A DNA stretch of 64,000 nucleotides from Clostridia bacterium. Its GTDB lineage: Bacteria; Bacillota; Clostridia; Monoglobales; Firm-18. The stretch is from positions 64,008 to 128,007 of the forward strand of contig JAZREA010000002.1 of assembly GCA_045660545.1 (NCBI GenBank), written 5' to 3'. The position numbers and the translations under genes were made by a program. Below are positions 38,222 to 48,924 of the stretch, piece by piece (position 1 is the stretch's first letter; every line of letters starts with the position of its first letter). Under the pieces are notes generated by a model that worked only from the letters and a program-made list of their open reading frames with translations, did not search any database and had not been told where the DNA came from.

Positions 38222-39202
38222 TTATTCCCACTCAATAGTGCCAATCGGCTTTGGTGTAAGGTCTAACAACACGCGGTTGATGCCTTCAACTTCGTGGGTA
38301 ATTCTGTCTGTAATCTTGTGAAGAACGCTGTAAGGAATCTCCTCAATCGTAGCGGTCATCGCGTCTGTTGTGTTAACGGCGCGGATAATCGCGGGCCATC
38401 CCTCGTAGCGCTTGTCGTCTCTTACGCCAACGCTCTTTGTGTCGGGCACTGCGATAAAGTACTGCCAAACAGTCTTGGAAAGACCGCAGATGTCGAATTC
38501 CTCGCGTAAAATAGCGTCCGCCTCTCTAAGGGCTTCCAACCTGTCGCGTGTAATAGCGCCGAGGCACCTTACGCCAAGTCCCGGTCCGGGGAACGGCTGT
38601 CTGTCAACCATCTCCTCAGGAAGTCCAAGAGCTTTTCCGACAACTCTGACTTCGTCTTTGTAAAGAAGCTTAACCGGCTCAACAAGCTCAAGCTTCATGT
38701 CCTCAGGCAATCCGCCTACGTTGTGGTGCGCCTTTACTCCGTCGCTTTCCAAAATGTCGGGGTAAATAGTGCCCTGTGCCAAAAAGTCCATGTCCTCGAG
38801 TTTTTTAGCCTCTTCGTTAAATACTTCGATAAATTCGCCGCCGATAATCTTTCTTTTCTTTTCAGGGTCGCTGACTCCTGCCAGCTTGTCCAAAAAGCGG
38901 TCGGTTGCGTCGATATATATAAGGTTTGCGTCAAGTCCGTTTTTAAAAACTTCGATAACCTGTTCGCTTTCGCCTTTTCTCATAAGGCCGTGGTTAACGT
39001 GTACGCAAACAAGCTGCTTGCCGATAGCCTTTATAAGAAGCGCCGCAACAACAGAGCTGTCCACACCGCCTGAGAGCGCGAGCAAAACTTTTTTGTCTCC
39101 CACCTGCTGACGGATTTCAGCTATTTGTTCGTCGATAAACTTGTCTGCCAAGTCTTTTGTTGTGATACGTTGCATAGTATCTGGTCTTACGTTCTGGTTC
39201 AT
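38222..39202 (-). CDS. guaA: GMP synthase, ATP-pyrophosphatase/dimerisation part only (no GATase domain)
   Basis: 326 aa with PP-loop LSGGVDSSV and the C-terminus KPIGTIEWE typical of GuaA. The protein begins at the linker that follows the GATase domain in full-length enzymes. Confidence 0.85.
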   Translation of the reverse strand: MNQNVRPDTMQRITTKDLADKFIDEQIAEIRQQVGDKKVLLALSGGVDSSVVAALLIKAIGKQLVCVHVNHGLMRKGESEQVIEVFKNGLDANLIYIDATDRFLDKLAGVSDPEKKRKIIGGEFIEVFNEEAKKLEDMDFLAQGTIYPDILESDGVKAHHNVGGLPEDMKLELVEPVKLLYKDEVRVVGKALGLPEEMVDRQPFPGPGLGVRCLGAITRDRLEALREADAILREEFDICGLSKTVWQYFIAVPDTKSVGVRDDKRYEGWPAIIRAVNTTDAMTATIEEIPYSVLHKITDRITHEVEGINRVLLDLTPKPIGTIEWE

Positions 39203-39273
39203 AGGTTTTCCTCCCCCGGTTAGTTGGTTTGCATTTCAAATCAAGTACCTTTTAAAAGCCGAATTTTCTATAT

Positions 39274-39302
39274 ATTATACTCCAATCGGCGCGTGTTGTC
39301 AA
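39274..39302 (-). promoter_or_regulatory. Consensus sigma-A promoter of guaA
   Basis: In the minus sense: TTGACA, 17-nt spacer, TATAAT. Confidence 0.75.
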
Positions 39303-39311
39303 TAAAAGCGG

Positions 39312-39348
39312 AACAAAAAACAAAGGAAGACCGCATGCGGTCTTCCTC
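39312..39348 (-). terminator. Rho-independent terminator of the small ATPase gene
   Basis: GGAAGACCG-CATG-CGGTCTTCC is followed by TTTGTTTTTT in the minus sense. Confidence 0.85.
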
Positions 39349-39357
39349 AAAAACAAC

Positions 39358-39774
39358 TTAAATTGAGAACAAGTACTTTTTAATCTCGTCTGTTGCGTTG
39401 CCGATGGCAGAGCTAACAGTAATAGTGAAGTTAACGTTGTATTTTTCAGACAAATTATCGAGCTTGCACAAAAATCCGTCGAACTCGTTAAAGTTATCGC
39501 CCGCAATTTTTGTAATGCTGTCGATAAAGATGTGGGTAATGTCATAGTCTTTTGAAATCATACCGCTGATAAATCCGTGCAGCGCGTGGAAATCCTCAAC
39601 GAAAAAGTCGTTAGTATCAGTAAGACGAATCGAAGACTTCAGGTCAAAAAGATGTCTGTTACCCTTTGTGATGCAAATAACGTTGCCTTTTTCTTCAAGG
39701 ATAGACTGGTTAACCATGTCAATAAATGTTTTAGTCTTTCCTGTACCCTTCTCGCCCATAAGAATTCTAATCAT
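39358..39774 (-). CDS. Minimal P-loop NTPase, unknown function
   Basis: 138 aa with Walker A GEKGTGKT at residues 7-14 and a Walker-B-like THIFIDS. No other recognisable domain. GC is lower than in neighbouring genes. Confidence 0.55.
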   Translation of the reverse strand: MIRILMGEKGTGKTKTFIDMVNQSILEEKGNVICITKGNRHLFDLKSSIRLTDTNDFFVEDFHALHGFISGMISKDYDITHIFIDSITKIAGDNFNEFDGFLCKLDNLSEKYNVNFTITVSSAIGNATDEIKKYLFSI

Positions 39775-39873
39775 ATTAAAGACCTCCCATCAAATATTAT
39801 GTTATATATATAATAACAGAAACAAATTAAAAATACAATCGTTAAATTAACCTAATTTTAACACAAATTTTTG

Positions 39874-41205
39874 TTATTTAAGCCTTGCTTCCAAAGCAGC
39901 CTTCTCGTCTTCGTACCCCGGCTTGCCTAAAAGAGCGAACATGTTTTTCTTGTATGCTTCAACGCCCGGCTGGTTAAACGGGTTAACGCCAAGCAGATAT
40001 CCGCTGATTCCGCAGGCCTTTTCGAAGAAGTAAACCAGGTTACCGAAAGAGTATTCGTCAAGCTTCTTGATTGAAATCATAAGGTTTGGCACGCCTCCGT
40101 CGGTGTGTGCCAAAACTGTACCCAGCATAGCACGGTTGTTAACGTAGTCAAGAGTCTTTCCTGCGAGGAAGTTAAGGCCGTCGAGGTTTTCCTCGTCGCT
40201 TTTGATAACTACGTCAGCCAAAGGATTTTCAACGTTTATAACTGTTTCAAAAAGGTTTCTCGAACCGTCCTGAATAAACTGTCCCATAGAATGAAGGTCT
40301 GTCGAAAGGTCAACGCCTGCGGGGAAAATACCCTTGCCGTCCTTTCCTTCGCTTTCGCCGTATAGCTGTTTCCACCACTCAGTAAGGTAATGGAGCGAAG
40401 GCTCGTAGTTTGCCAAAATCTCGATGCACTTTCCCTTGCGGAGCAGTGCGTTTCTTACAGCCGCGTACATATAACATTCGTTTTCAAAGAGGTTAGGGTT
40501 GTTGTACTTTTTGTGTGCGTCCGCCGCGCCCCTCATCATTTCGTCAATCGAAGCACCGCTTACAGCGATAGGAAGCAGACCCACAGCAGTAAGCACCGAG
40601 AAGCGTCCGCCGACATCGTCAGGAATGACAAAAGTTTCGTACCCTTCGTTGTCTGCGAGAGTTTTAAGCGCGCCGCGTGCCTTGTCTGTCGTAGCGTAGA
40701 TTCTGGACCTTGCGCCCTCTTTTCCGTATTTTTCTTCCATAAGCTCGCGGAACACTCTAAACGCAATAGCAGGCTCCGTGGTAGTTCCGGACTTTGAAAT
40801 AACGTTTACAGACAATTCTTTGTCCTTAACCATATTTACAAGCTCTGCAAGGTAAGGGCCGCTAATGCTGTTTCCAACGTAGAAAATCTGTGTTTTGGCG
40901 GTGTAGTTAGCCAAAGGAGATGTCAAAAATTCAATCGCAGCTCTCGCACCAAGGTACGAACCGCCTATACCGATAACAATTAATACGTCAGAATCGCTGC
41001 GGATTTTGTCGGCAGCCTTTTTAATTCTTTCGAATTCTTCCTTGTCGTAGTCAATCGGGAGATCAACCCAGCCTAAGAAGTCGCTGCCTGCGCCTGTTTT
41101 TTCGTGCAATGTTTTGTGAGCCACCTCAACCATAGGTGCAAGGTTTTGTAGCTCTTCTTTTGAAACAAATTTTTCTGCTGTCTTGTAACTAAAATTTACG
41201 TTCAT
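39874..41205 (-). CDS. pgi: Glucose-6-phosphate isomerase
   Basis: 443 aa with [17 protein letters not shown] and YGESEGK motifs of the Firmicute-type PGI. Confidence 0.9.
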   Translation of the reverse strand: MNVNFSYKTAEKFVSKEELQNLAPMVEVAHKTLHEKTGAGSDFLGWVDLPIDYDKEEFERIKKAADKIRSDSDVLIVIGIGGSYLGARAAIEFLTSPLANYTAKTQIFYVGNSISGPYLAELVNMVKDKELSVNVISKSGTTTEPAIAFRVFRELMEEKYGKEGARSRIYATTDKARGALKTLADNEGYETFVIPDDVGGRFSVLTAVGLLPIAVSGASIDEMMRGAADAHKKYNNPNLFENECYMYAAVRNALLRKGKCIEILANYEPSLHYLTEWWKQLYGESEGKDGKGIFPAGVDLSTDLHSMGQFIQDGSRNLFETVINVENPLADVVIKSDEENLDGLNFLAGKTLDYVNNRAMLGTVLAHTDGGVPNLMISIKKLDEYSFGNLVYFFEKACGISGYLLGVNPFNQPGVEAYKKNMFALLGKPGYEDEKAALEARLK

Positions 41206-41241
41206 ATAATATTCCTCTCAAAGATGTTTGCGGTTTTTAAT

Positions 41242-41922
41242 TTATCTTACTGTTTCCACAGATGCCTTAAACGGATTCTCTGCAATAAGCGCCGACTCGC
41301 TCATAGAGTGGTGCACTTCCACGTCAAACACAAAGTCAAATCCTGCATCTTCTTCGTTTATTGTAACACTTACATCGTTGATTATAACGCCGTTGTCGTG
41401 TAAAAACTTGGTGTACTTTTCCTGGAATTCCACGTCTGTAACGTCGTTAAATACAATCCTCTTGTTTTTCGGTACTTCAACAAACCTGATTTTTTTGTGG
41501 AGCAAAATCTGAGCAATAAGTAATATGAAAGTAGTACCAATACCTACAACGTACATACCTGCTCCAACTGTCATACCGATACCCGAAGTAGCCCAGATTC
41601 CCGCAGCAGTAGTAAGACCCTTGATGGTATTTTTCTGAACGAAAATCATACCTGCGCCCAAAAAGCCGATTCCGCTGACAACCTGCGAAGCAATTCTCGA
41701 GCCGTCCGCACGATTAATACCGTCAAAATCCACAAGGTCAGTAAAACCGTACTTGGACAAAATCATCATAAGAGCCGAAGCACAAGCAACGATACAGTGT
41801 GTCCTAAGCCCCGCCTCTTTTGCTCTGTTTTTACGCTCGTAACCAATCACAATACCGCATATTCCCGCAACAATTATGCGGAATATGTAGTGTAAATGGT
41901 AGGTGTAAATAAATTCCAACAT
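41242..41922 (-). CDS. MgtC/SapB family protein
   Basis: N-terminal MgtC membrane domain (GYERKNRAKEAGLRTH) plus a soluble C-terminal domain. The ATG at 41922 sits 8 nt after GGAGG. Confidence 0.8.
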   Translation of the reverse strand: MLEFIYTYHLHYIFRIIVAGICGIVIGYERKNRAKEAGLRTHCIVACASALMMILSKYGFTDLVDFDGINRADGSRIASQVVSGIGFLGAGMIFVQKNTIKGLTTAAGIWATSGIGMTVGAGMYVVGIGTTFILLIAQILLHKKIRFVEVPKNKRIVFNDVTDVEFQEKYTKFLHDNGVIINDVSVTINEEDAGFDFVFDVEVHHSMSESALIAENPFKASVETVR

Positions 41923-41969
41923 CTGATAAACCTCCAATTAAAATAATACTTGCTGTATAACTATTGACA

Positions 41970-41997
41970 GACGCCGCCTGAATTTTCGGGCGACGCC
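41970..41997 (-). promoter_or_regulatory. Strand-specific GC-rich hairpin in the mgtC-family leader
   Basis: The minus-sense RNA GGCGUCGCC-N10-GGCGGCGUC forms 9 bp using two G-U pairs. In the plus sense these become A-C mismatches. Confidence 0.45.
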
Positions 41998-42002
41998 ATC
42001 AA

Positions 42003-42024
42003 AATATGTATGATAATACATATT
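42003..42024. promoter_or_regulatory. Candidate operator: perfect 9-bp inverted repeat
   Basis: AATATGTAT-GATA-ATACATATT overlaps the -10 and the predicted start site of the mgtC-family promoter. Confidence 0.4.
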
Positions 42025-42050
42025 ATACTATACATTTCCGAAAAATTCAA
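42022..42050 (-). promoter_or_regulatory. Sigma-A type promoter of the mgtC-family gene
   Basis: In the minus sense: TTGAAT, 17-nt spacer, TATAAT. Confidence 0.55.
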
Positions 42051-42077
42051 CAAAAAATTAAAAAATAATAATCCAAG

Positions 42078-42106
42078 TTGAAATAGGGTTTTAAATATTG
42101 TATAAT
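42078..42106 (+). promoter_or_regulatory. Sigma-A type promoter of the flavodoxin-like gene
   Basis: TTGAAA (42078-42083), 17-nt spacer, TATAAT (42101-42106). Confidence 0.6.
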
Positions 42107-42137
42107 CATAATATATTATCAACGGGAGTGATTATAA

Positions 42138-42761
42138 ATGAAGGTTTTGTTAGTTAACGGAAGCCCTAATGAGCACGGTTGTACATATACGGCCCTTAAC
42201 GAGGTGGAAAAGACGCTTAATAAAAACGGCGTGGAGACAGTAATGATGTGGCTTGGTAAGGGAGACGTTCCCGACTGTATAGGCTGTAAAAGCTGTGCCA
42301 AAACAGGCAGATGCTTTGTAGACGATAAGGTTAACGAGGCGGTTTCAATGTTGCCGGAACTGGATGGAATAGTCGTAGGTTCTCCTGTTTACTATGCAGG
42401 CCCGACAGGGCAGATTACGTCGTTTATGGATAGGCTCTTTTACGTGGGAAGCGGCTTTGACGGCAAGCTCGGCGCGTGCGTGGTGTCTTGCAGACGCGGT
42501 GGCGCTTCTGCGGCGTTTGACAGGCTGAACAAATATTTTATGATAAGCTGTATGCCTGTTGTAACCTCACAGTACTGGAACCAGGTTCACGGCGCGTTTG
42601 GTAAGGGCGAGGATGTTTTAAAGGACGAAGAGGGCTTGCAGACTATGCGCACACTGGGCAACCAGATGGCGTGGCTTTTAAAGTGTATCGAGGCAGGAAA
42701 GGCAAACGGCATATCCGTTCCCGAAAGGGAAAAGCCGATAAAAACAGCCTTTATAAGATAA
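42138..42761 (+). CDS. Flavodoxin-like FMN reductase / iron-sulfur flavoprotein
   Basis: The N-terminus MKVLLVNGSP, the Cys cluster CIGCKSCAKTGRC and GSPVYY are typical of this family. Confidence 0.7.
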   Translation: MKVLLVNGSPNEHGCTYTALNEVEKTLNKNGVETVMMWLGKGDVPDCIGCKSCAKTGRCFVDDKVNEAVSMLPELDGIVVGSPVYYAGPTGQITSFMDRLFYVGSGFDGKLGACVVSCRRGGASAAFDRLNKYFMISCMPVVTSQYWNQVHGAFGKGEDVLKDEEGLQTMRTLGNQMAWLLKCIEAGKANGISVPEREKPIKTAFIR

Positions 42762-42818
42762 GTAACGAAATTTTGTGTTGGGAATAATATGTTAATATAA
42801 CAATTTTAGGAGACGGCT

Positions 42819-42980
42819 ATGGATAAACCTCTTGCTCTGACCGAAGCTTTAACATTAATTTCCAACTACATAGCGGGTCGCTACGACCAGGACACGCTGG
42901 CGGTTATTGCGGCAAGCCTTGTGCAGGTGGGAGACACCCTTGCAAACATCGCCGCCATAAGGGCGCTTGAAAAACAATAA
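42819..42980 (+). CDS. Small helical protein, unknown function (53 aa)
   Basis: ORF below the track cutoff: MDKPLALTEALTLISNYIAGRYDQDTLAVIAASLVQVGDTLANIAAIRALEKQ. AGGAGA lies 5 nt upstream and a terminator follows directly. Confidence 0.55.
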   Translation: MDKPLALTEALTLISNYIAGRYDQDTLAVIAASLVQVGDTLANIAAIRALEKQ

Positions 42981-43019
42981 AAACAGCGACGAGAGAATCT
43001 GACTCTCGTCGCTTTTTTA
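42981..43019. terminator. Bidirectional rho-independent terminator
   Basis: 11-bp stem AGCGACGAGAG/CTCTCGTCGCT with T-runs on both strands. Confidence 0.85.
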
Positions 43020-43027
43020 TGTGCGGA

Positions 43028-43066
43028 TTTGGCGCATTGTGTGGTATGCGCAGTTTGCTATCGCCC
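43028..43066 (-). repeat. 39-nt conserved motif, copy B (sense with the Cys-rich gene)
   Basis: The reverse complement reads GGGCGATAGCAAACTGCGCATACCACACAATGCGCCAAA. It starts 4 nt after the stop at 43070-43072. Confidence 0.9.
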
Positions 43067-43069
43067 TTT

Positions 43070-43246
43070 TTAGTTTTGTTTTCTGACAATTTTGTACTCG
43101 TCCCCGTCGCGAAAATACGGACAGTCGTAAAAGGTGTTGGTCATAAACCTCGCCGTTTCGTCCTCGTCCAAGTTCATGTCGCAGACGTAACAGTCGTATT
43201 CTTCGTCGTATGTATAGTACGCACAGTATTCACAACAGTTTTTCAT
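43070..43246 (-). CDS. Small Cys/acidic-rich protein (58 aa), unknown function
   Basis: ORF below the track cutoff: MKNCCEYCAYYTYDEEYDCYVCDMNLDEDETARFMTNTFYDCPYFRDGDEYKIVRKQN. It begins 10 nt after the PRTase stop. The SD is weak, so translational coupling is likely. Confidence 0.5.
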   Translation of the reverse strand: MKNCCEYCAYYTYDEEYDCYVCDMNLDEDETARFMTNTFYDCPYFRDGDEYKIVRKQN

Positions 43247-43255
43247 AGGCGTTAC

Positions 43256-43813
43256 TTAAATAGCGTTTCCGTCCGCGTCAAATAGCGGAAGCGGAGCTAA
43301 AAATACAATGTCGTCTCTGTCCTTTGCGTCGCCCTCTGCAAGCACTGCCATTTTCCCAACTATATTTCCGCCCGCCTTTTCTACCAGCGCTTCCAAAGCG
43401 GCCAAAGACTCGCCCGTGCTTATAACGTCGTCTACAATCAAGACGCGCTTTCCGTTTAAAAGGTCTTTTTCTTTTTTGCCGATGCAAAGAGTCTGGGAAG
43501 CTGCGGTTGTTATAGAGTCTACGCCTACGGATACAACATCCTCCATATAAAGCTTAGACGCTTTTCTTGCTATAACGTAGTCGTCGGCATTTGCCTGTCG
43601 CGCCATCTCGTATATAAGCGGTATGCTTTTACATTCAGCTGTTATCATAATGTCGTGTTCGGGCGCGCGCTTTAAAAGCTCTGCCGCCGCGTGCCTTGTG
43701 ATTTCTACATCACCAAACAGGATAAAGGCTGCAATGTATAGCTTTTCGTTTATCGGGAACAGTTGCAGGTCTCTCTTTACCCCTGCTATATCAATAGTAT
43801 AAAACTTTTTCAT
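43256..43813 (-). CDS. Phosphoribosyltransferase family protein
   Basis: PRPP-binding loop VLIVDDVISTGES. The start ATG at 43813 follows AAAGGA. Confidence 0.7.
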   Translation of the reverse strand: MKKFYTIDIAGVKRDLQLFPINEKLYIAAFILFGDVEITRHAAAELLKRAPEHDIMITAECKSIPLIYEMARQANADDYVIARKASKLYMEDVVSVGVDSITTAASQTLCIGKKEKDLLNGKRVLIVDDVISTGESLAALEALVEKAGGNIVGKMAVLAEGDAKDRDDIVFLAPLPLFDADGNAI

Positions 43814-43945
43814 CAATCTCAAATCCTTTCATAAATTTTGCTTTGCAAAATCCCATACACATTAATCATAGCACAATACGCCGAAAAAGTCAAAAAATTC
43901 TGTATTGTTATAATATATGGCAATAACAGTAATACTATCCCTGTG

Positions 43946-43975
43946 TTGACAATGTACTATTTTTTGCAGTATAAT
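43946..43975 (+). promoter_or_regulatory. Sigma-A type promoter of cysK
   Basis: TTGACA (43946-43951), 18-nt spacer, TATAAT (43970-43975). Confidence 0.6.
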
Positions 43976-44015
43976 TATTTAAACTTTTAAAGCATAACAG
44001 GAAAGGGAGATAGCG

Positions 44016-44945
44016 ATGCCAAAGGTTTATACTTCGGTTGATCAGTTAATAGGTAACACTCCGCTTTTAGAGCTTACCAATATTCAAAGAGAATACGGAC
44101 TTTGCGCCAGGATTGTTGCAAAGCTCGAGTATTTTAACCCCGCAGGCTCGGTTAAAGACCGCGTCGCAGCTGCCATGATAGCTCAGGCAGAAGAAGACGG
44201 CGCCTTAAAGCCCGGTTCGGTTATAATCGAGCCGACAAGCGGTAATACAGGCATAGGTCTTGCTGCGGTTGCCGCGTCTTTGGGCTATAAGTCGATAATA
44301 GTTATGCCCGACACCATGAGCGTCGAAAGACAGCGTCTTATAAAGGCGTACGGCGCAAGCGTTGTGCTGACAGACGGAGCTTTGGGAATGAAAGGCGCGA
44401 TATCAAAGGCAGAGGAGCTTGCGAAGGAAATCCCGGGCAGCTTTATACCGGGGCAGTTTATCAATCCTGCAAACCCCCTTGCCCACGCTAAAACAACAGG
44501 CCCCGAGATTTACAAAGACACCGACGGCGAGGTCGATATCTTCGTAGCCGGCGTAGGCACAGGCGGCACAATAACAGGCGTAGGCGAATATTTAAAGTCG
44601 CAAAAAAGCTCGGTCGAGGTAGTGGCGGTAGAGCCGCTTTCGTCTCCTGTTTTGTCAAAGGGAGAGTCAGGGCCTCACGGGCTTCAGGGAATAGGTGCAG
44701 GCTTTGTCCCCGATATATTAAATACCGAAGTTTATGACGAGGTTATGGCCGTCTCTGATGAGGAAGCCTTTGAGATGACAAGAGAGATAGGTAAAAAAGA
44801 AGGAATCTTGGTAGGCATATCCTCGGGCGCCGCCCTTTGCGGTGCGATACAGCTCGCCAAAAGAGAAGAAAATAAGGGTAAGACCATAGTTGTCCTGTTC
44901 CCCGACGCGGGCGACAGGTACCTTTCCACCCCGGTTTTCGAATAA
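44016..44945 (+). CDS. cysK: Cysteine synthase A (O-acetylserine sulfhydrylase)
   Basis: PLP-lysine context NPAGSVKDR, plus TSGNTGIGLA and GTGGTITG loops. Confidence 0.9.
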   Translation: MPKVYTSVDQLIGNTPLLELTNIQREYGLCARIVAKLEYFNPAGSVKDRVAAAMIAQAEEDGALKPGSVIIEPTSGNTGIGLAAVAASLGYKSIIVMPDTMSVERQRLIKAYGASVVLTDGALGMKGAISKAEELAKEIPGSFIPGQFINPANPLAHAKTTGPEIYKDTDGEVDIFVAGVGTGGTITGVGEYLKSQKSSVEVVAVEPLSSPVLSKGESGPHGLQGIGAGFVPDILNTEVYDEVMAVSDEEAFEMTREIGKKEGILVGISSGAALCGAIQLAKREENKGKTIVVLFPDAGDRYLSTPVFE

Positions 44946-44956
44946 TTTTAATATAA

Positions 44957-44993
44957 AAAGTGCAGAAGAGTTTTCTTCTGCACTTTGTTTTTT
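44957..44993. terminator. Bidirectional terminator (cysK / groEL)
   Basis: AAAGTGCAGAAGA-GTTTT-CTTCTGCACTTT with T-runs on both strands. Confidence 0.85.
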
Positions 44994-45015
44994 ATTTAGT
45001 GTTGTAAACGTCGGA

Positions 45016-46977
<1,962 letters not shown>

Positions 46978-47004
46978 TTAGCACTCAACGGGAAAGAGTG
47001 CTAA
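46978..47004 (-). promoter_or_regulatory. CIRCE operator (HrcA binding site)
   Basis: Perfect TTAGCACTC-N9-GAGTGCTAA between the promoter and the groES RBS. Confidence 0.95.
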
Positions 47005-47012
47005 CAAGTTAT

Positions 47013-47041
47013 ATAATACCTATATTTTCATTAATGTTCAA
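47013..47041 (-). promoter_or_regulatory. Sigma-A type promoter of groES-groEL
   Basis: In the minus sense: TTGAAC, 17-nt spacer, TATTAT, immediately upstream of CIRCE. Confidence 0.65.
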
Positions 47042-47118
47042 TGCTTACCAAAGCCCTGAAAATCAAATTATGTTATTTTTCCTCTGTTTTTCTTCGTATT
47101 TCTGCCAAAAACGCTGTT

Positions 47119-47592
47119 TTACGCTTTTTCTACAATACATACTGCGTATGCAGAAATCCCCTCGCCTCTGCCTTCGAAGCCGAGCCCCTCGGTAGTCGTA
47201 GCGCCTATCCCTACCCGGTCGGGCGCAATACCAAGAGCCTCTGCCACATTTTGTTTCATCTGGTCTATGTGCGGCGCCATCTTCGGTGCCTGTGCAACAA
47301 TCTTGCTGTCTATGTTAATTATGGTATAATTTTCCGCTTTTAATACCTCGCCGACTTTTTTTAACAGCACCATACTTGAAATGTCCTTGAACTTTTCGTC
47401 GGTGTCGGGGAATAGCTTTCCGATGTCCCCAAGCGCACACGCGCCTAAAAGCGCGTCCATAATTGCGTGTGTCAGTACGTCGGCGTCCGAGTGGCCGAGC
47501 AGCCCCTTTTCGTAAGGAATGTCTACTCCGCCGATAACAAGCCTCCTGTTTTCGACCAGCCTGTGCACGTCGTACCCGTTTCCTATCCTCAT
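47119..47592 (-). CDS. ispF: 2-C-methyl-D-erythritol 2,4-cyclodiphosphate synthase
   Basis: 157 aa with the motifs IGNGYDVH and GHSDADV. Confidence 0.95.
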   Translation of the reverse strand: MRIGNGYDVHRLVENRRLVIGGVDIPYEKGLLGHSDADVLTHAIMDALLGACALGDIGKLFPDTDEKFKDISSMVLLKKVGEVLKAENYTIINIDSKIVAQAPKMAPHIDQMKQNVAEALGIAPDRVGIGATTTEGLGFEGRGEGISAYAVCIVEKA

Positions 47593-48296
47593 TCGTCTTC
47601 ACTTCCTTTTAATATAGCCTCTGCAAGCGCGATGTCAGACGGGTAAGTTATTTTGATGTTGCTGCGCTCCCCTTCTGTCATAGTAACTTTTGCGCCCGCG
47701 CTTTCCACAAGCATACAGTCGTCTGTTGCACCGGTTGTATCCTGATTTTCGTATGCTTTTAAAATCAAGTCTTTTTTAAACACCTGTGGCGTCTGTATCT
47801 GCCAAAGGGCGCTTCTGTCCACCGTTTGTGTTATTATGTTTTGTTCGTCCACGCGTTTTAGCGTGTCGATAACGGGGCAGCCGAGCGCCGCAGCCCCCGT
47901 CTTTATTGCGTCTTCGATGGTTTTGTCGATGTGCTCAGGTCTTACGCATGGCCTTGCGCCGTCGTGTATGGCGACGTAGTCGTACTTTGCGATGTCCAGA
48001 CCGTTTTTAACAGACTCCGTTCGCGTTTTTCCGCCCTTTACAATGTGTGTAACCTTGCTTACGTCAAACGCTTTGACAATATCACTTATCAAAAGTATAT
48101 CACATTCTCTTGTAACGATTATTATTTCTCCTATGTAATCCGAGCTTTGTAAAGCCAAGAGTGAATGAGCAATAACAGGCTTGCCGCAAATTTCAACAAC
48201 CTGCTTGCTCTTTTGTATGTTCATTCTAAGACCGTCCCCTGCGGCAGCCACAATTGCAGAAACCTTGCTTTTAACATTAGATGAAAACAAACCCAA
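47589..48296 (-). CDS. ispD: 2-C-methyl-D-erythritol 4-phosphate cytidylyltransferase
   Basis: Carries the AAAGDGLRM motif and overlaps ispF by 4 nt. The ORF opens with GTG at 48305, but the TTG at 48296 has better SD spacing. Confidence 0.85.
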   Translation of the reverse strand: MGLFSSNVKSKVSAIVAAAGDGLRMNIQKSKQVVEICGKPVIAHSLLALQSSDYIGEIIIVTRECDILLISDIVKAFDVSKVTHIVKGGKTRTESVKNGLDIAKYDYVAIHDGARPCVRPEHIDKTIEDAIKTGAAALGCPVIDTLKRVDEQNIITQTVDRSALWQIQTPQVFKKDLILKAYENQDTTGATDDCMLVESAGAKVTMTEGERSNIKITYPSDIALAEAILKGSEDE

Positions 48297-48402
48297 AATT
48301 ATCACTCCCTGTAAGTCATACTATACTAATCTTAACATAAATAAAATAAAGCCGCAATACATATTTTTTCGTTAATTCCAAAAAATAGATGCAAGAATAA
48401 AT

Positions 48403-48924
48403 ATGGCGGTGTTTTTTATGTCTGTAACGTTTGCAAGAACAGTAATATTATATCTTTTGGTAGTCGTGGGGCTTCGGATAATGGGCAAAAGACAAATTGG
48501 CGAGATGCAGCCTTCCGAGCTTGTCGTGGCGATAATGATATCCGACCTTTCGACAATTCCGATGCAGGAAATCGGAATCCCGCTTTTATCGGGCGTCATA
48601 CCTATATTTACTCTTATAATTATGGAAATAGCACTTTCGGCGATATCGTTAAAGAATAGAAAAATCAGGCACTTCATAACGGGCAAGCCCAGCGTGGTAA
48701 TCCATAACGGCAGAATAATAAAGGAAGAGATGCAAAAGCTGCGCTTTAACCGCGACGACCTTTTGGAGCAACTTCGGATACAAGGCTATATAGGGGTAGG
48801 GGAAATCCATTTTGCGATTTTAGAGACCAACGGCCAACTCAGTATCATTCCCTATAAAAATAATAAGGCGTGCACCCCCGAAGAAGTGCGAAAAATAATT
48901 GCCGAGGAGCTGAACAATAGTTGA
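48403..48924 (+). CDS. DUF421 (YetF-like) membrane protein
   Basis: The RIMGKRQIGEMQPSELVVAIMISD motif is typical of DUF421 proteins of spore formers. Confidence 0.7.
   Translation: MAVFFMSVTFARTVILYLLVVVGLRIMGKRQIGEMQPSELVVAIMISDLSTIPMQEIGIPLLSGVIPIFTLIIMEIALSAISLKNRKIRHFITGKPSVVIHNGRIIKEEMQKLRFNRDDLLEQLRIQGYIGVGEIHFAILETNGQLSIIPYKNNKACTPEEVRKIIAEELNNS

Noticed and set aside
41964-41969. Plus-strand TTGACA hexamer as a second promoter for the flavodoxin-like gene.
   Set aside because: No -10-like hexamer lies 16-18 nt downstream (CGGGCG). The promoter at 42078-42106 explains the gene.
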